NCBI GenBank assembly: GCA_037441705.1
Contig: JBBIRR010000010.1
Location: 1-64,000, forward strand
Length of the DNA: 64,000 nt
Direction of reading: 5' to 3'
Origin: Ignavibacteriales bacterium
Lineage (GTDB): Bacteria; Bacteroidota; Ignavibacteria; UBA10030; UBA6906
The notes beneath the pieces are model-generated. The model was not told the DNA's origin. It did not search any database and saw only the letters and a list, made by a program, of their open reading frames with translations. Positions 18,016 to 28,566 of the stretch are shown here, one piece after another. The translations under genes were made by a program, and so were the position numbers. How positions within the stretch are numbered: the first letter of the stretch is position 1; the number at the start of each line of letters is the position of its first letter.

Positions 18016-18783
18016 TTAGCGCAGAATGGCGTTGCGCAGCGTGTGCACGGCGAGCCAGAACGATACGATGAGGAAACCGCCAAAGGCGATTCCTTCCGCC
18101 ATAATCGTCTCGACGCTGCCGAAACCGATGGTAGCAAAGCGCAGGACGTCGGTGTGCCAGGTGAGGGGATTGAACAGGGAAAGTGTTCTCAGCCATGTCG
18201 GCATTGTATCAACAGGATAGAACATGCTGCTGCCGAACATCAGAACGAAGTAGGCAAGGTTCAGAACCGTATTAAAGATGTCGTTGCGATGAATGCGGAG
18301 AGCAAAAATCGCCAGGAAGAAGAACCAACCGGCAGTCCCCAGAACAATACCCACCAGCGCAACGCTCATCAGCGGCCACCGAATCGGGATGTCGAGGACA
18401 AGGACTCCCACCGATATCGTAATCACCGACTGCAGCAGAGCAAGCGAACAGTTGAACACAATCTTGCCGATAAGGAATTGCCCGCGCGTCATAGGATACG
18501 TCAGGAACTCATAGAAAATGCCGTTATCGCGGTCCACAAAAAACCCGTAGGAAGTGTTAATGGCGATGCCGAAGCACGCCATCGAAAGCACGCCGGCGAG
18601 AAAGAAGGACTGATAGGACATGGTGATGCCCTCGGAAACAATCCCGCCGGAAAGCGCCTTGTCCAACCCGATGCCGAACATGAGCAGGTACACTAACGGC
18701 ATGAACAGGTCGAAGAACATCCACACAAAGCTTGTTGCCCGGATTCTGTACTCGCGATACAGGACGGCGAGAATCATGTTCAT
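18016..18783 (-). CDS. ABC-2 type transporter permease
   Basis: Six TM segments; FLTYPMTRGQFLIGK, FYPVDTMPTWLR, NPLTW motifs. Confidence 0.9.
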   Translation of the reverse strand: MNMILAVLYREYRIRATSFVWMFFDLFMPLVYLLMFGIGLDKALSGGIVSEGITMSYQSFFLAGVLSMACFGIAINTSYGFFVDRDNGIFYEFLTYPMTRGQFLIGKIVFNCSLALLQSVITISVGVLVLDIPIRWPLMSVALVGIVLGTAGWFFFLAIFALRIHRNDIFNTVLNLAYFVLMFGSSMFYPVDTMPTWLRTLSLFNPLTWHTDVLRFATIGFGSVETIMAEGIAFGGFLIVSFWLAVHTLRNAILR

Positions 18784-19760
18784 GTCTTTTTCTCCTCCGC
18801 AGGCCCTAACAACTCGACGAACGCATCTTCTAACGTTCCTCCGTTGATTTCAAGATGCGCGATCGGTACGCGGCGCGAAAGCTGCGTGATGGTTTCCAGC
18901 AGATGCGTCTCGACCCCGTTGACACACAGGACCACCGAGTTGCCTGATTGCTCCAGGCGCATCGGTGCAAGCGCATGAAGGGAGGCAACGACATCGTCTG
19001 TGAGATATTCAAACGTAATGCTCACCTCGAACACGCTCGTTGCTTTCGCCTTGATAGCGTTGACGTCGCCGAGAGCAACGATCTTTCCCCTGTTGATCAT
19101 GGCGATCGTGTCGCATAACTCCTCGGCCTCTTGCAGGATGTGCGTGGTCAGGAGAATTGTTCTTCCGCTGCGCGCCTGCTCACGAATGGCATCGAGCACG
19201 GCACGTTTGTAGATCGGGTCCATGCCTGTAGTTGCCTCATCGAGAAACACCACGGGCTTATCCACCATGAACACCTTCGCAACCTGCAACCGGCGCTTCA
19301 GGCCTCCGCTCAAGTCCATCACTTTCTTGCTGCCGTGTTCGGCGAGGCCGAAGCGTTCCATCACATGCACGGCACGCCGTTCGCGCTCATGCGATGGCAT
19401 GGAATGAAACCGGGCATACGTCGTGAGATTATCTTTGACGGAGAGAAACATCTCCAGCGCGTTTTCCTGAAGGACGGCGCAGATGTGTTGACGTACTTTC
19501 AGTGCATCCCGCTGGACGTCGTATCCCATGACGGAGGCTGTGCCGCTTGTTGGAGGAATGAGCGTCGTCAGAATGCGCAGCAGGGTGGTCTTGCCGGCCC
19601 CATTCCTTCCCAGCAAGCCGAAGATTTCGCCCTCACGGACCGACAGGGTGAGTCCGTCCAGAGCGCGGGCACGCTGCCGGACTTGCCCCTTGTACACTTT
19701 GATGATATCTTGAGTTTGGACAGCGATATTCCCCATGCAATAGCCCACAACGTACGACAT
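18780..19760 (-). CDS. ABC exporter ATP-binding protein (DrrA-like)
   Basis: GRNGAGKTT, LSGG, VFLDEATTGMD, LTTH; start uncertain (19760 or 19736). Confidence 0.92.
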   Translation of the reverse strand: MSYVVGYCMGNIAVQTQDIIKVYKGQVRQRARALDGLTLSVREGEIFGLLGRNGAGKTTLLRILTTLIPPTSGTASVMGYDVQRDALKVRQHICAVLQENALEMFLSVKDNLTTYARFHSMPSHERERRAVHVMERFGLAEHGSKKVMDLSGGLKRRLQVAKVFMVDKPVVFLDEATTGMDPIYKRAVLDAIREQARSGRTILLTTHILQEAEELCDTIAMINRGKIVALGDVNAIKAKATSVFEVSITFEYLTDDVVASLHALAPMRLEQSGNSVVLCVNGVETHLLETITQLSRRVPIAHLEINGGTLEDAFVELLGPAEEKKT

Positions 19761-19886
19761 ACCACCTATGAATCCTCTCAATAAATGAATTTCATGAGTA
19801 AATCCCAACATTCTTTGCAACCATGTATGGCGCGCGACGTACTACTTAAGCGGATGAGTGTCAGCGTTCGAAATAGTGATCTGTCT

Positions 19887-21746
19887 ATGATTCGCGGGGG
19901 CGTGCTGTCGCTTCTCATCGTCTTCTCATTCTTCTCCAGTGCAAGGGCAGGCGAGAAGACGGTGGCGTTGCTGCGTGATTTCAGGACGACGGAGCTGAAG
20001 TCGGCAGGACTTGTTCTTCCGCGACCGACCACGCTGCATATTGTCGCCCGCGGAGCTGCCGGAAGCAAATGCGACAGGGAGAAGAAAGGGAAAGGCGACG
20101 ACATGTTCGCCTACGGCTGGATTCTCGATGCCGACCGTCGCGAGGTGGTGTGGACGATGACGAGCGAGAACACGTCACGAGCACGAGACGACAGAACGTT
20201 TGATGACTACGTGACGCTGCCGCAGGGAAGTTACGAGCTGTACTTTGTCGCCGCCACCTTCACGTATGTTTCGACCTTCAAGAACCTGAGCATGAACGTC
20301 GATCATCGGGAAGCGGGACTGTTCAATATGGGAATATCGTCGAACAAGCGAGAACGGGGCTGGTTAGAAGGATGGTTCGACAAGCTCTTTGGCGATGATG
20401 TGCGTGAGGAATGGGAGAAGCGCTCGAAGAATTGGGGGATGGAGGTGTTGGTTGATGAACGGTATGCATCGTCGGTCACCTCGTTCACGCCGCCGAAGGA
20501 GTTCTCCGATGTGCTGGTGAAGGCAACGCGGCTGGGCGAGGACGAATTCATCCGCCAGACCTTTGCCGTCTCCGAGCCGATGACCGTACGGCTTTACGCG
20601 CTCGGCGAGGGTTTGGGGGGAGACTATGAGCTTGCTGACTACGGGTGGATCGTCAACCTGCGGGATCGGTCGCGCGTGTGGGAGATGCAGTGGCGCAATG
20701 CGCAGCATGCCGGGGGCGCCTCGAAAAACCTGAAGTTCGATGGACAGGTTTTTCTTCCAAAAGGCGAGTACACCCTGTACTACGTCACCGACAATAGTCA
20801 CTCAGCGGTTGATTGGAATTGCGGACCTCCGGCGGATCCGCTGAACTACGGCATTACGCTTCTCGCAGTCTCCGAGAAGGACAAAGCACACTTCAAGCTT
20901 CTCTCGAACGTTGACGAGGGGTATGCCTTCGTCAGCCTCACCAAAATGCGCAACAGCGAAAGTCGCAGCGAGGGTTTCACGCTCAAGCACGATGCACGCA
21001 TTCGTGTCTATGCCATCGGCGAGAGGAGCAACCAGCGGCGCTTGATGGCCGACTATGGCGTCATCCTCGATGCGCGCTCTCGCACAAAAGTCTGGACGAT
21101 GGATGTTGATCGAACAAGCCACGCAGGCGGCGCATCGAAAAACAGAGTCATTGACGAAATCATTACTCTCCCCAAGGGAAGTTACATCGTTCGGTACGTT
21201 ACGGACGACTCGCATGCCTACGGCGACTGGAACGCCGATCCACCGTACGATGCAGAGCGGTACGGCATCACGCTCTACGGCGTTGGGGAGTCGTTCGATC
21301 GCTCCTGGGTGAGCAAGTACGTCGAGCAGCGTGACAAGTATGCCATTGCGCAGATCATCCGCGTCGGCAGCAGCGAGAACAAAAGTCTTCGCTTCAAGCT
21401 CGATAAGACCACGCGCGTTCGTGTGTATGCTCTCGGCGAAGGGTTCAGTCGCGAGATGGCCGACTACGGATGGATTACCGACAACACGACGGGCACGACG
21501 GTGTGGGAGATGACCTACTCGATGACGACGCACGCCGGCGGCGCGCGTAAGAATCGTCTTGTGAACACGACCATCATTCTGGACAAAGGCCAGTACACGC
21601 TGCACTACTCGACCGACGACTCCCACGCGTACGGCGATTGGAACTCCGATCCGCCCGAAGATCCCGAGTACTGGGGCATCACGCTGTACCCGGACGAAGG
21701 AAGCCCGCCCGTTCCGCCAGACCCACCGAAACCTCCGGGCAATTGA
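19887..21746 (+). CDS. Secreted protein with four tandem ~135-aa repeats, unknown family
   Basis: Signal peptide ending ARA-G; repeats YAxGE..ADYGWI..VWxM..HAGGAxKN..LxKGxY..TDDSH..DWN..PP..YGITL; start uncertain. Confidence 0.85.
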   Translation: MIRGGVLSLLIVFSFFSSARAGEKTVALLRDFRTTELKSAGLVLPRPTTLHIVARGAAGSKCDREKKGKGDDMFAYGWILDADRREVVWTMTSENTSRARDDRTFDDYVTLPQGSYELYFVAATFTYVSTFKNLSMNVDHREAGLFNMGISSNKRERGWLEGWFDKLFGDDVREEWEKRSKNWGMEVLVDERYASSVTSFTPPKEFSDVLVKATRLGEDEFIRQTFAVSEPMTVRLYALGEGLGGDYELADYGWIVNLRDRSRVWEMQWRNAQHAGGASKNLKFDGQVFLPKGEYTLYYVTDNSHSAVDWNCGPPADPLNYGITLLAVSEKDKAHFKLLSNVDEGYAFVSLTKMRNSESRSEGFTLKHDARIRVYAIGERSNQRRLMADYGVILDARSRTKVWTMDVDRTSHAGGASKNRVIDEIITLPKGSYIVRYVTDDSHAYGDWNADPPYDAERYGITLYGVGESFDRSWVSKYVEQRDKYAIAQIIRVGSSENKSLRFKLDKTTRVRVYALGEGFSREMADYGWITDNTTGTTVWEMTYSMTTHAGGARKNRLVNTTIILDKGQYTLHYSTDDSHAYGDWNSDPPEDPEYWGITLYPDEGSPPVPPDPPKPPGN

Positions 21747-21796
21747 TTCTCACGCGATGAATCTCTACCTTCTCTCACACTATCTGTGAGTGAAGA

Positions 21797-22843
21797 ATGC
21801 CAACGACACGCCGTGAATTCTTGAAACGCGCCACAGCCGCCGGTGCCGGCGCCCTTGCCCTTTCAACCGTCCCTTCTGCACTTCGTTCCGAGCCTGCCGG
21901 CGTTGTGGCAATTGCCAGCGGCAACGGACTTCCTGCCGTGACGAAAGCGATGGAACTTATCCGGCAGGGAACCGACGCACTTGACGCGGTAATTGCCGGA
22001 GTGAATATCGTCGAGGACGATCCCAACGATACCAGCGTCGGCTACGGCGGCTTGCCCAACGAGGAAGGCGTTGTGGAATTGGACGCCGCCGTCATGCACG
22101 GCCCCACGCACAGGGCAGGCGCGGTAGCATCGCTGCGGAACATCAAGAATCCATCCCGGGTTGCGCGCCTGGTGATGGAGCGAACCGATCACGTCTTGCT
22201 TGTCGGCGAGGGCGCGTTGCGTTTCGCAAAGGCGCATGGCTTTATTGAGGAGAATCTTCTGACCGACCGCGCGCGCGAGGAATGGCTGCGGTGGAAGGAG
22301 ACGCTTTCCACGAAAGATGACTGGCTGCCGCCGCACACGGCCGATGACAAAGATGTCGGCAGTATCTTTGAACCCTTCTTTCGCCATACGGGAACGATTC
22401 ACTGCGGTGCTCTTGATCAGAACGGAAACATCTCCTGCGTGACGACGACAAGCGGCCTGGCGTTCAAGATCCCCGGGCGCGTCGGCGATTCGCCGATCAT
22501 CGGGGCCGGGCTGTACTGCGATAACGAAGTCGGTTCTGCAGGTTCCACCGGTCGCGGCGAAGCCAACCTGATCAACTGCAGCAGCGTCATGGTTGTGGAG
22601 TTCATGCGCGCGGGCAAATCCCCCGAGCAGGCATGCCTCGAGGCGTGCAAGAGGATCGTCCAGCACAACAAAATGCGCCGGCTGAAGGATGACGCAGGCC
22701 GGCCGACCTTCAACGTCAACTTTTATGCAATCAACAAACGGGGCGAGTACGGCGCCGCGGCAATCTACAGCGGCAGCAAATTCGCGCTGCATGACGGCAC
22801 ATCGGCAAGGCTGCTCGATGCTGCATATCTGTACAAGAGGTGA
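21797..22843 (+). CDS. N4-(beta-N-acetylglucosaminyl)-L-asparaginase / Ntn asparaginase-2 family, Tat-exported
   Basis: TRREFLK Tat motif; SVGYGGLPN, ELDAAVM, TTTSGL, GRVGDSPIIGAG, STGRGE. Confidence 0.9.
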   Translation: MPTTRREFLKRATAAGAGALALSTVPSALRSEPAGVVAIASGNGLPAVTKAMELIRQGTDALDAVIAGVNIVEDDPNDTSVGYGGLPNEEGVVELDAAVMHGPTHRAGAVASLRNIKNPSRVARLVMERTDHVLLVGEGALRFAKAHGFIEENLLTDRAREEWLRWKETLSTKDDWLPPHTADDKDVGSIFEPFFRHTGTIHCGALDQNGNISCVTTTSGLAFKIPGRVGDSPIIGAGLYCDNEVGSAGSTGRGEANLINCSSVMVVEFMRAGKSPEQACLEACKRIVQHNKMRRLKDDAGRPTFNVNFYAINKRGEYGAAAIYSGSKFALHDGTSARLLDAAYLYKR

Positions 22844-24407
22844 TGCACGGCGTGCTGTTCCGTCCCTCGTTCTTGGGCTGACTCTCCTCGCGGCAATCAT
22901 AACCGCCGCTCGCTCTCAACCTGAGCCTTTCATCACACGATCTCACGATACGCTCCGGTTGGGCGACCGTCCGTTCTTCTTTCTGGGTGCGAACGCGTAC
23001 TATCTGCTCGAACAGGCAGCCCGCGGAGATACGCACACCGTCATCAATCTTTTCCAAACTGCTCGCCGTTTGAACATGACGGTCGTCCGAACGTGGGCCT
23101 TCTACGATTCATCGGACAGCCTCAATCCCGCGGTCATTCAGTATCGCCCGGGCAGGTTCAACGAGCACGCGCTGCGCAGCCTGGATTATGTTCTTCTTCA
23201 AGCGCGCCGGCACAACATTCGGCTCCTCCTTCCTCTTGTCAATAGCTGGGATGATTATGGGGGAATGAACCAGTATGTGCGATGGAGATTGGAGACGTTA
23301 CCTTCAACGTCATTCGAAGCCCCTCGCTATCAGGCGCACGATCTCGAACGCACTATCAGCGGAGACCAGGGTCGTTCGTATCGCTACGCCATCAGCACGG
23401 CGATGGGCCACGACGACTTCTACGCAGATTTCCTCATCAGACAGTGGTTCAAGGGCTATATTGCCGCCGTGTTGGAACGACGGAACGTCTTCACGGGCAT
23501 TGCCTACCGGGACGACCCGTTCGTCTTTGGCTGGGAAGTAGCCAACGAGCCGCGCTCATCCGACCGCTCCGGCAATCTCGTTCGAACCTGGATCGCGGAG
23601 ATCTCGGCCTACATCAAGTCCGTCGATCCCAATCACCTTGTGGGTACGGGAGAGGAGGGCTTTGACATCTCGCCTGCGGGCTACACTCTCGCGACGTACA
23701 ACAATCAGCAATGGCTGTTCGATGGCAGCGCGGGAATCACCTTTTCTGGAAATTCTGTGATACCAACTATTGACTTTGGCAGTTGCCATTTGTATCCTGA
23801 GGTGTGGCATCTCTCGAACAGCGCCGGCGGAGTTTGGATTCGAGACCACATTCGGGTTGCGCGAGGCGCCGGCAAGCCGTTGGTGGTGGGAGAGTTCGGC
23901 GTGCGCGAGTATCAAACAGCGACCTACGAAAGCTGGCTCACGACGGCACTGTATGACAACGCGGCGGGGGCAATGGTGTGGCAGATACTGGAAGGTCCGC
24001 GCACAGACCGAGAAGGGTACGGGTTTCGATGTTCAGAGCTGGAGCAGTTGTGTTTGCGTTTGGGTGAGGCTGGAGAGCAATTCATCGCCAAGTCAAACAG
24101 CGGAACACTGCCGCGGCCGCAAACGTTCAGGCTCCTTCAGAATTATCCGAACCCGTTCAACGGCCTGACGACCATTGCCTACTCTCTGTCCGCCGATGTG
24201 TTTGTGAATCTTTCGATATGGACCGCGCTCGGAGAACACGTTGCAACTGTGGTTGAGGGATACCAATCGGCGGGTGAACGGAAAGAGCTGTTCGACGGAC
24301 GGATGTGCGCAAGTGGAGCGTACTTCTGTCGATTGACGGTGGAACAAGTGCCGGGCGCAGGTCGAGCATCGTTTCGTCAAACAAGAAAGTTGCTTTTGTT
24401 ACGTTGA
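22818..24407 (+). CDS. GH5 glycoside hydrolase (beta-mannanase-like) with T9SS CTD
   Basis: GANAYY, VVRTWAF, WDDYGGMNQY, WEVANEPR, HLYP, VGEFG; LLQNYPNPFN...TRKLLLLR; start uncertain. Confidence 0.88.
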   Translation: MLHICTRGDARRAVPSLVLGLTLLAAIITAARSQPEPFITRSHDTLRLGDRPFFFLGANAYYLLEQAARGDTHTVINLFQTARRLNMTVVRTWAFYDSSDSLNPAVIQYRPGRFNEHALRSLDYVLLQARRHNIRLLLPLVNSWDDYGGMNQYVRWRLETLPSTSFEAPRYQAHDLERTISGDQGRSYRYAISTAMGHDDFYADFLIRQWFKGYIAAVLERRNVFTGIAYRDDPFVFGWEVANEPRSSDRSGNLVRTWIAEISAYIKSVDPNHLVGTGEEGFDISPAGYTLATYNNQQWLFDGSAGITFSGNSVIPTIDFGSCHLYPEVWHLSNSAGGVWIRDHIRVARGAGKPLVVGEFGVREYQTATYESWLTTALYDNAAGAMVWQILEGPRTDREGYGFRCSELEQLCLRLGEAGEQFIAKSNSGTLPRPQTFRLLQNYPNPFNGLTTIAYSLSADVFVNLSIWTALGEHVATVVEGYQSAGERKELFDGRMCASGAYFCRLTVEQVPGAGRASFRQTRKLLLLR

Positions 24408-24463
24408 GTCCACAGAAACTCCCGGAGGCATTAGTCTAAGAGAATATTGATAACACCTACAGG

Positions 24464-26434
24464 ATGAATATGAAGCAGTTGGTATGGTCCGCAGTTGTCC
24501 TGATGGGCATCCTGCCAACTCGACAAATCCTTGCACAGCAATACCGAGTCGACACCCTGGCTCAAAGTCCCGCGGTAGCCTTGCCGGTGTGCATTGCGTT
24601 CACGCCCGACGCGACGCCACGGTTTTTCTTCACCGAGAAGAACACCGGCGCCGTCAAGATTTTCGAGAACGGTGCGGTGCGACCTACACCCTTTGCAACG
24701 CTCAGCGTCACCTCGGGAGGTGAGCAGGGTCTGTTGGGTATTGCCCTGCATCCGCAGTATCCCGACTCGCCGTTCGTCTACGTTCAGTACACGCGCAGCG
24801 GCGATCGCGCAAATGTTGTCGTGCGCCTGCGTGACTCCAGCGGTTTCGGCGTCGACCCCCGGACGATTGTCGTGTGCACACGCATCAACACGGCAACGAA
24901 TCACAACGGCGGAAACTGTCACTTCGGGCCTGACGGAAAACTGTACGTTTCCTTTGGAGACAATGCCACCTCGTCGAACGCGCAGGATTCCTCGGCATCG
25001 AACCTGCGCGGCAAGATTTTGCGCCTCAACCCGGACGGCTCTATCCCGGCAGACAATCCCTTTGCAGGCACGCCGTTCTGGTCTATTGGTCACCGCAATA
25101 GCTTCGATTTCACATTCGACCCGCTGACCGGCATCATGTACTGCACGGAAAACGGGCCATCGTGCGACGATGAAGTGAACCGGGTTCCGCCGCGCGGCAA
25201 CATGGGTTGGCCGATTGAGGGCAACTGTTCCTACACCAACAATCCCCTGTACGTCCGTCCGTTGTACTACTTCCCCAGTTCGCCGCTTCCGGCGCTGACC
25301 GGTATCGTCGTCTATCGCGCGACGGCGTTTCCGCGGCTGCGCGGGAAGTTGCTGTTCACAGGCAACAGCACTCCGACACTCTGGACTCTGACGCTCACGC
25401 AGAACGGCGACACGATCGTGCCCGGCTCGTTTGCGACGCTGTTCACATACTCGACCGGCTTTGCCGATGTAGAAGTGGGACCGGATGGGAACATCTATCT
25501 TGCCAACGGTCCGTATTCGGCCAACCGCCTGCTGCGCTTACGCCCCGTGACGCCGACATTCACCTCAACGGCTCCCATCAACGCGACGCAGGACTCGTTG
25601 TACACCTACACGCCCACGTTCAATGGAACGCCGCCGGGGTTATCTCTTCTCGTTGCACCCGATGGTATGACGGTGGATTCAACAACGTGGTCGCTTCGCT
25701 GGACGCCGACCAACGGGCAGGCGTTGCAGGGGATGCATCCGGTGACGCTGCGTGCAGAAAATGGGGCGGGCTTCACCGATCAATCATTCAATATCTTCGT
25801 TGCGAACGTGAACGATCCGCCGGGCGCATTTCATCTGCAGTTCCCGTCGAACGATACGACGTTTTCCTTCACCAACACGCCGAGCGTGCAGTTTGTCTGG
25901 ACGGCCTCGCAAGATCCTGACCGCGACACCGTGCGATACCGGGTGCAGATCGACACGGTCAACACGTTCAACAGTCCGGCGCTGCACGACACATCGGCCG
26001 GGACGGACGTTTCACTTCGCGTCCCGCTTCCGCGCGTCAATCGCAGTTATTTCTGGCGTGTGGTTGCCTCGGACGGCCAGATCGCCGTTTACAGCGCGGA
26101 GGTCCGACGCTTCACCATCACCATTGTCACCGCCGTTCGAGAGGAAGTGCAGACCGAAAAGGAAACAGAAGCGCAGGCAGTCTTAGAGCAGAATTTCCCC
26201 AATCCGTTCAATCCTACCACCACCATCCAGTACACCATTCCCAAAGGCGGGTACGTCCGGCTTTCGGTCTTCAATCTGCTGGGTCAGGAAGTTGCAAGAA
26301 TCTTCGAGGGCGTTCAAGGCGCGGGCACATACGAGATAACCTTCAACAATGCGGAACTTCCTACCGGCATCTACTTCTACCGGATTCAGGCCCCGGGCTT
26401 TGTGGAAACGCGGAAGATGATCATAACAAAATAA
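24464..26434 (+). CDS. PQQ-dependent glucose/sorbosone dehydrogenase-like protein + Ig/FN3-like domains + T9SS CTD
   Basis: GEQGLLGIALHP, NHNGG..FGPDGKLY, GKILRLNPDGSIPADNPF, GHRN, ENGP; LEQNFPNPFNPTTTI...TRKMIITK. Confidence 0.88.
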   Translation: MNMKQLVWSAVVLMGILPTRQILAQQYRVDTLAQSPAVALPVCIAFTPDATPRFFFTEKNTGAVKIFENGAVRPTPFATLSVTSGGEQGLLGIALHPQYPDSPFVYVQYTRSGDRANVVVRLRDSSGFGVDPRTIVVCTRINTATNHNGGNCHFGPDGKLYVSFGDNATSSNAQDSSASNLRGKILRLNPDGSIPADNPFAGTPFWSIGHRNSFDFTFDPLTGIMYCTENGPSCDDEVNRVPPRGNMGWPIEGNCSYTNNPLYVRPLYYFPSSPLPALTGIVVYRATAFPRLRGKLLFTGNSTPTLWTLTLTQNGDTIVPGSFATLFTYSTGFADVEVGPDGNIYLANGPYSANRLLRLRPVTPTFTSTAPINATQDSLYTYTPTFNGTPPGLSLLVAPDGMTVDSTTWSLRWTPTNGQALQGMHPVTLRAENGAGFTDQSFNIFVANVNDPPGAFHLQFPSNDTTFSFTNTPSVQFVWTASQDPDRDTVRYRVQIDTVNTFNSPALHDTSAGTDVSLRVPLPRVNRSYFWRVVASDGQIAVYSAEVRRFTITIVTAVREEVQTEKETEAQAVLEQNFPNPFNPTTTIQYTIPKGGYVRLSVFNLLGQEVARIFEGVQGAGTYEITFNNAELPTGIYFYRIQAPGFVETRKMIITK

Positions 26435-26444
26435 GTCCAGAGCG

Positions 26445-27677
26445 CTACTTCACTCGCTTGATCACCAGCACCGTTTTGTCGTCGGAGTACTCCACCATCC
26501 TGTTGTGGACTTGCACATCTTCGAGGATGAGCTGGCAGATCTCCTTTGGCGAACGGGCGCGGTGTTGCTTCAGCAGGGTGACCAGGCGATGCTCGCCGTA
26601 GAGTTCGCCCTCGCCGTTGGACGCTTCGGTGATGCCATCCGTGTACAGAAGGAGGATGTCTCCTTTGTTCATGACGGTGAAGTCCGTCCGATATCGTTCG
26701 TCAGGAAAGGGACCGAGAATCTGTCCTGTGGCTCGCAGCATTTCCACTTCATCGGTTTTGTCGCGCAGCAGAATGGGGTTGCTGTGTCCGGCGTTCACGT
26801 AGAAGAGGAGGCCCTTGTCGCTTGTTGTCAGTTCGAGGTACACCATCGAGAGGAATTGCTCCGCTTTGAAGGTGCGATGGACGAGGCGGTTGATGCGCGT
26901 AATGAACGCGTCCATTTTCGTCTGGTATTCGACCCCCATCCGGAGGGCGCCGGAAACGTACAACGCCTGAGCCGCCGCCGAGAGGCCCTTACTGGCCGCA
27001 TCGCCGATGACGACGCCGATCCGCTCTTTGTCGCCCGACGCCTGCAGGTAGTCGAAGAAGTCTCCGCCGACGATGCGTTCGGGCAGAGAGACGCCGTACA
27101 TCTCGTATCCGGAAAACTTCATTTCATGCTGGGGAAGAATGCTCCGCTGAATCTCCCGTGCCTTGTCGAGGTCTTTTTCCAGCTCCGCGGCTTTTGATTC
27201 GATGCGCCTGTTCTTCAACGCGGTCGTCAGCACGCTGCTGATGATATTCATCGCGTAGGCTTCATCCTGCTTCATGTACTCGGCGTTGAAGCCGATGACA
27301 TAGGGATACAGGCTGTAGCCTTTCCACTGCACAAGCTCGCCCACGCCCGTCGCCGAATACAATCGGATGCCGCGCTGACGGAGATAGCGATCCGTTTCCG
27401 TTGCCACCACCGTCCGCTTGCGGCCGAGCTGGAGAAACATGGGGTAGTTCAGGATGCGCAACCGGAAGTTCTTCCTGATGGACTCGACTTCTCCCGATTG
27501 GTAGATGAGCCGATACGTTCCCTGGAGCGGCTCCAGTTTCCAAATACGTCCGCCGCGAATGGGGATTTCTTCGTTCTTGATAATACTCTCCAGCACGTGG
27601 CGAAGCATTTGTTCGTCGGTTCGAAATTTCTTGTTGATAAAACTTTCAATTGTTCTGTAGAGTCTATGCTGATTCAT
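26445..27677 (-). CDS. SpoIIE/RsbU-family PP2C serine phosphatase
   Basis: AREIQRSILP, VGGDFFD, IGDAASKG, VNAGH, LYTDGITEA, DDKT. Confidence 0.9.
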   Translation of the reverse strand: MNQHRLYRTIESFINKKFRTDEQMLRHVLESIIKNEEIPIRGGRIWKLEPLQGTYRLIYQSGEVESIRKNFRLRILNYPMFLQLGRKRTVVATETDRYLRQRGIRLYSATGVGELVQWKGYSLYPYVIGFNAEYMKQDEAYAMNIISSVLTTALKNRRIESKAAELEKDLDKAREIQRSILPQHEMKFSGYEMYGVSLPERIVGGDFFDYLQASGDKERIGVVIGDAASKGLSAAAQALYVSGALRMGVEYQTKMDAFITRINRLVHRTFKAEQFLSMVYLELTTSDKGLLFYVNAGHSNPILLRDKTDEVEMLRATGQILGPFPDERYRTDFTVMNKGDILLLYTDGITEASNGEGELYGEHRLVTLLKQHRARSPKEICQLILEDVQVHNRMVEYSDDKTVLVIKRVK

Positions 27678-27733
27678 GAGAGGAAGAGAAATGTGATGAA
27701 ACGACACCAGTGCACTGCAACAGCGAACGGCGA

Positions 27734-28426
27734 TCACTCATGGTACTTCTTCTCACCGACGCGAAGGGCAACATCCACATGGTCTTCTTTCCGCGGGATG
27801 GCACAGGAATACAAGTCGCTGTACGCGCAGTATGGATTGTACGCCTTGTTCAGGTCGATCGTGTAGAGAAAGTTCGGGTCCGGATGTTCTTCGCCGACTT
27901 CGACGTAGCGTCCTACGTTGTACGTTTCCTTTCCCGTCGTCCTGTCTGTAAACCATACGCTCAGCACATTTCGGTACAGGGCATACCGTCTTGCGTCGTA
28001 GGGGGTGAACTTGTACACGTTGAGACGGATGGTTTTCATCGTTCCGTCCTCGTCGGGTACATCGAACTCGAAATAGCCGTAGCGCAGGTGTCGGCGCTCT
28101 TCGCCTTTCGTTCCCATGACGGTGACGGTGTCCGGGCGGTCGTACCGATGCAGAACGGATCGCCCGCGGAAGTAGGGGTTGATCTGATACCACTTGATGC
28201 CATCGTAGTGGATCGTGGTATCCCGCTGAAACGGTGAATCCGGGCTGCTGCGGAAGAATTCCTCCATCGCCGCTCGATGCTTCAGGTTCTCCTCGACAAT
28301 AGCGAGACTATCCTGCGGCGAGAGAACGGGTCGGCGGCGTGCATCGCCGCAGCTTGCCGCAATGAGGCCGGTAATCGCAACCACGTATGCTAAACTACGG
28401 ACAACGTTCTTGGTCACTAAGTTCAT
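27734..28426 (-). CDS. DUF1684 family lipoprotein
   Basis: Lipobox AASC; FTDRTTGKETYNVGRY, DLNKAYNPYCAY...CAIP, GEK. Confidence 0.85.
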   Translation of the reverse strand: MNLVTKNVVRSLAYVVAITGLIAASCGDARRRPVLSPQDSLAIVEENLKHRAAMEEFFRSSPDSPFQRDTTIHYDGIKWYQINPYFRGRSVLHRYDRPDTVTVMGTKGEERRHLRYGYFEFDVPDEDGTMKTIRLNVYKFTPYDARRYALYRNVLSVWFTDRTTGKETYNVGRYVEVGEEHPDPNFLYTIDLNKAYNPYCAYSDLYSCAIPRKEDHVDVALRVGEKKYHE

Positions 28427-28566
28427 TGATGAATATTTCCTACACCGTTTCAAGATACGGAGCGCTGGGGTGACAAGCAAAAGACAGGGTCACGGACTTG
28501 CATTCGGGGCAGGCATGGCGTATCTTCACAGGCCAACCATACTCATCACATCCATCACACAACGCC

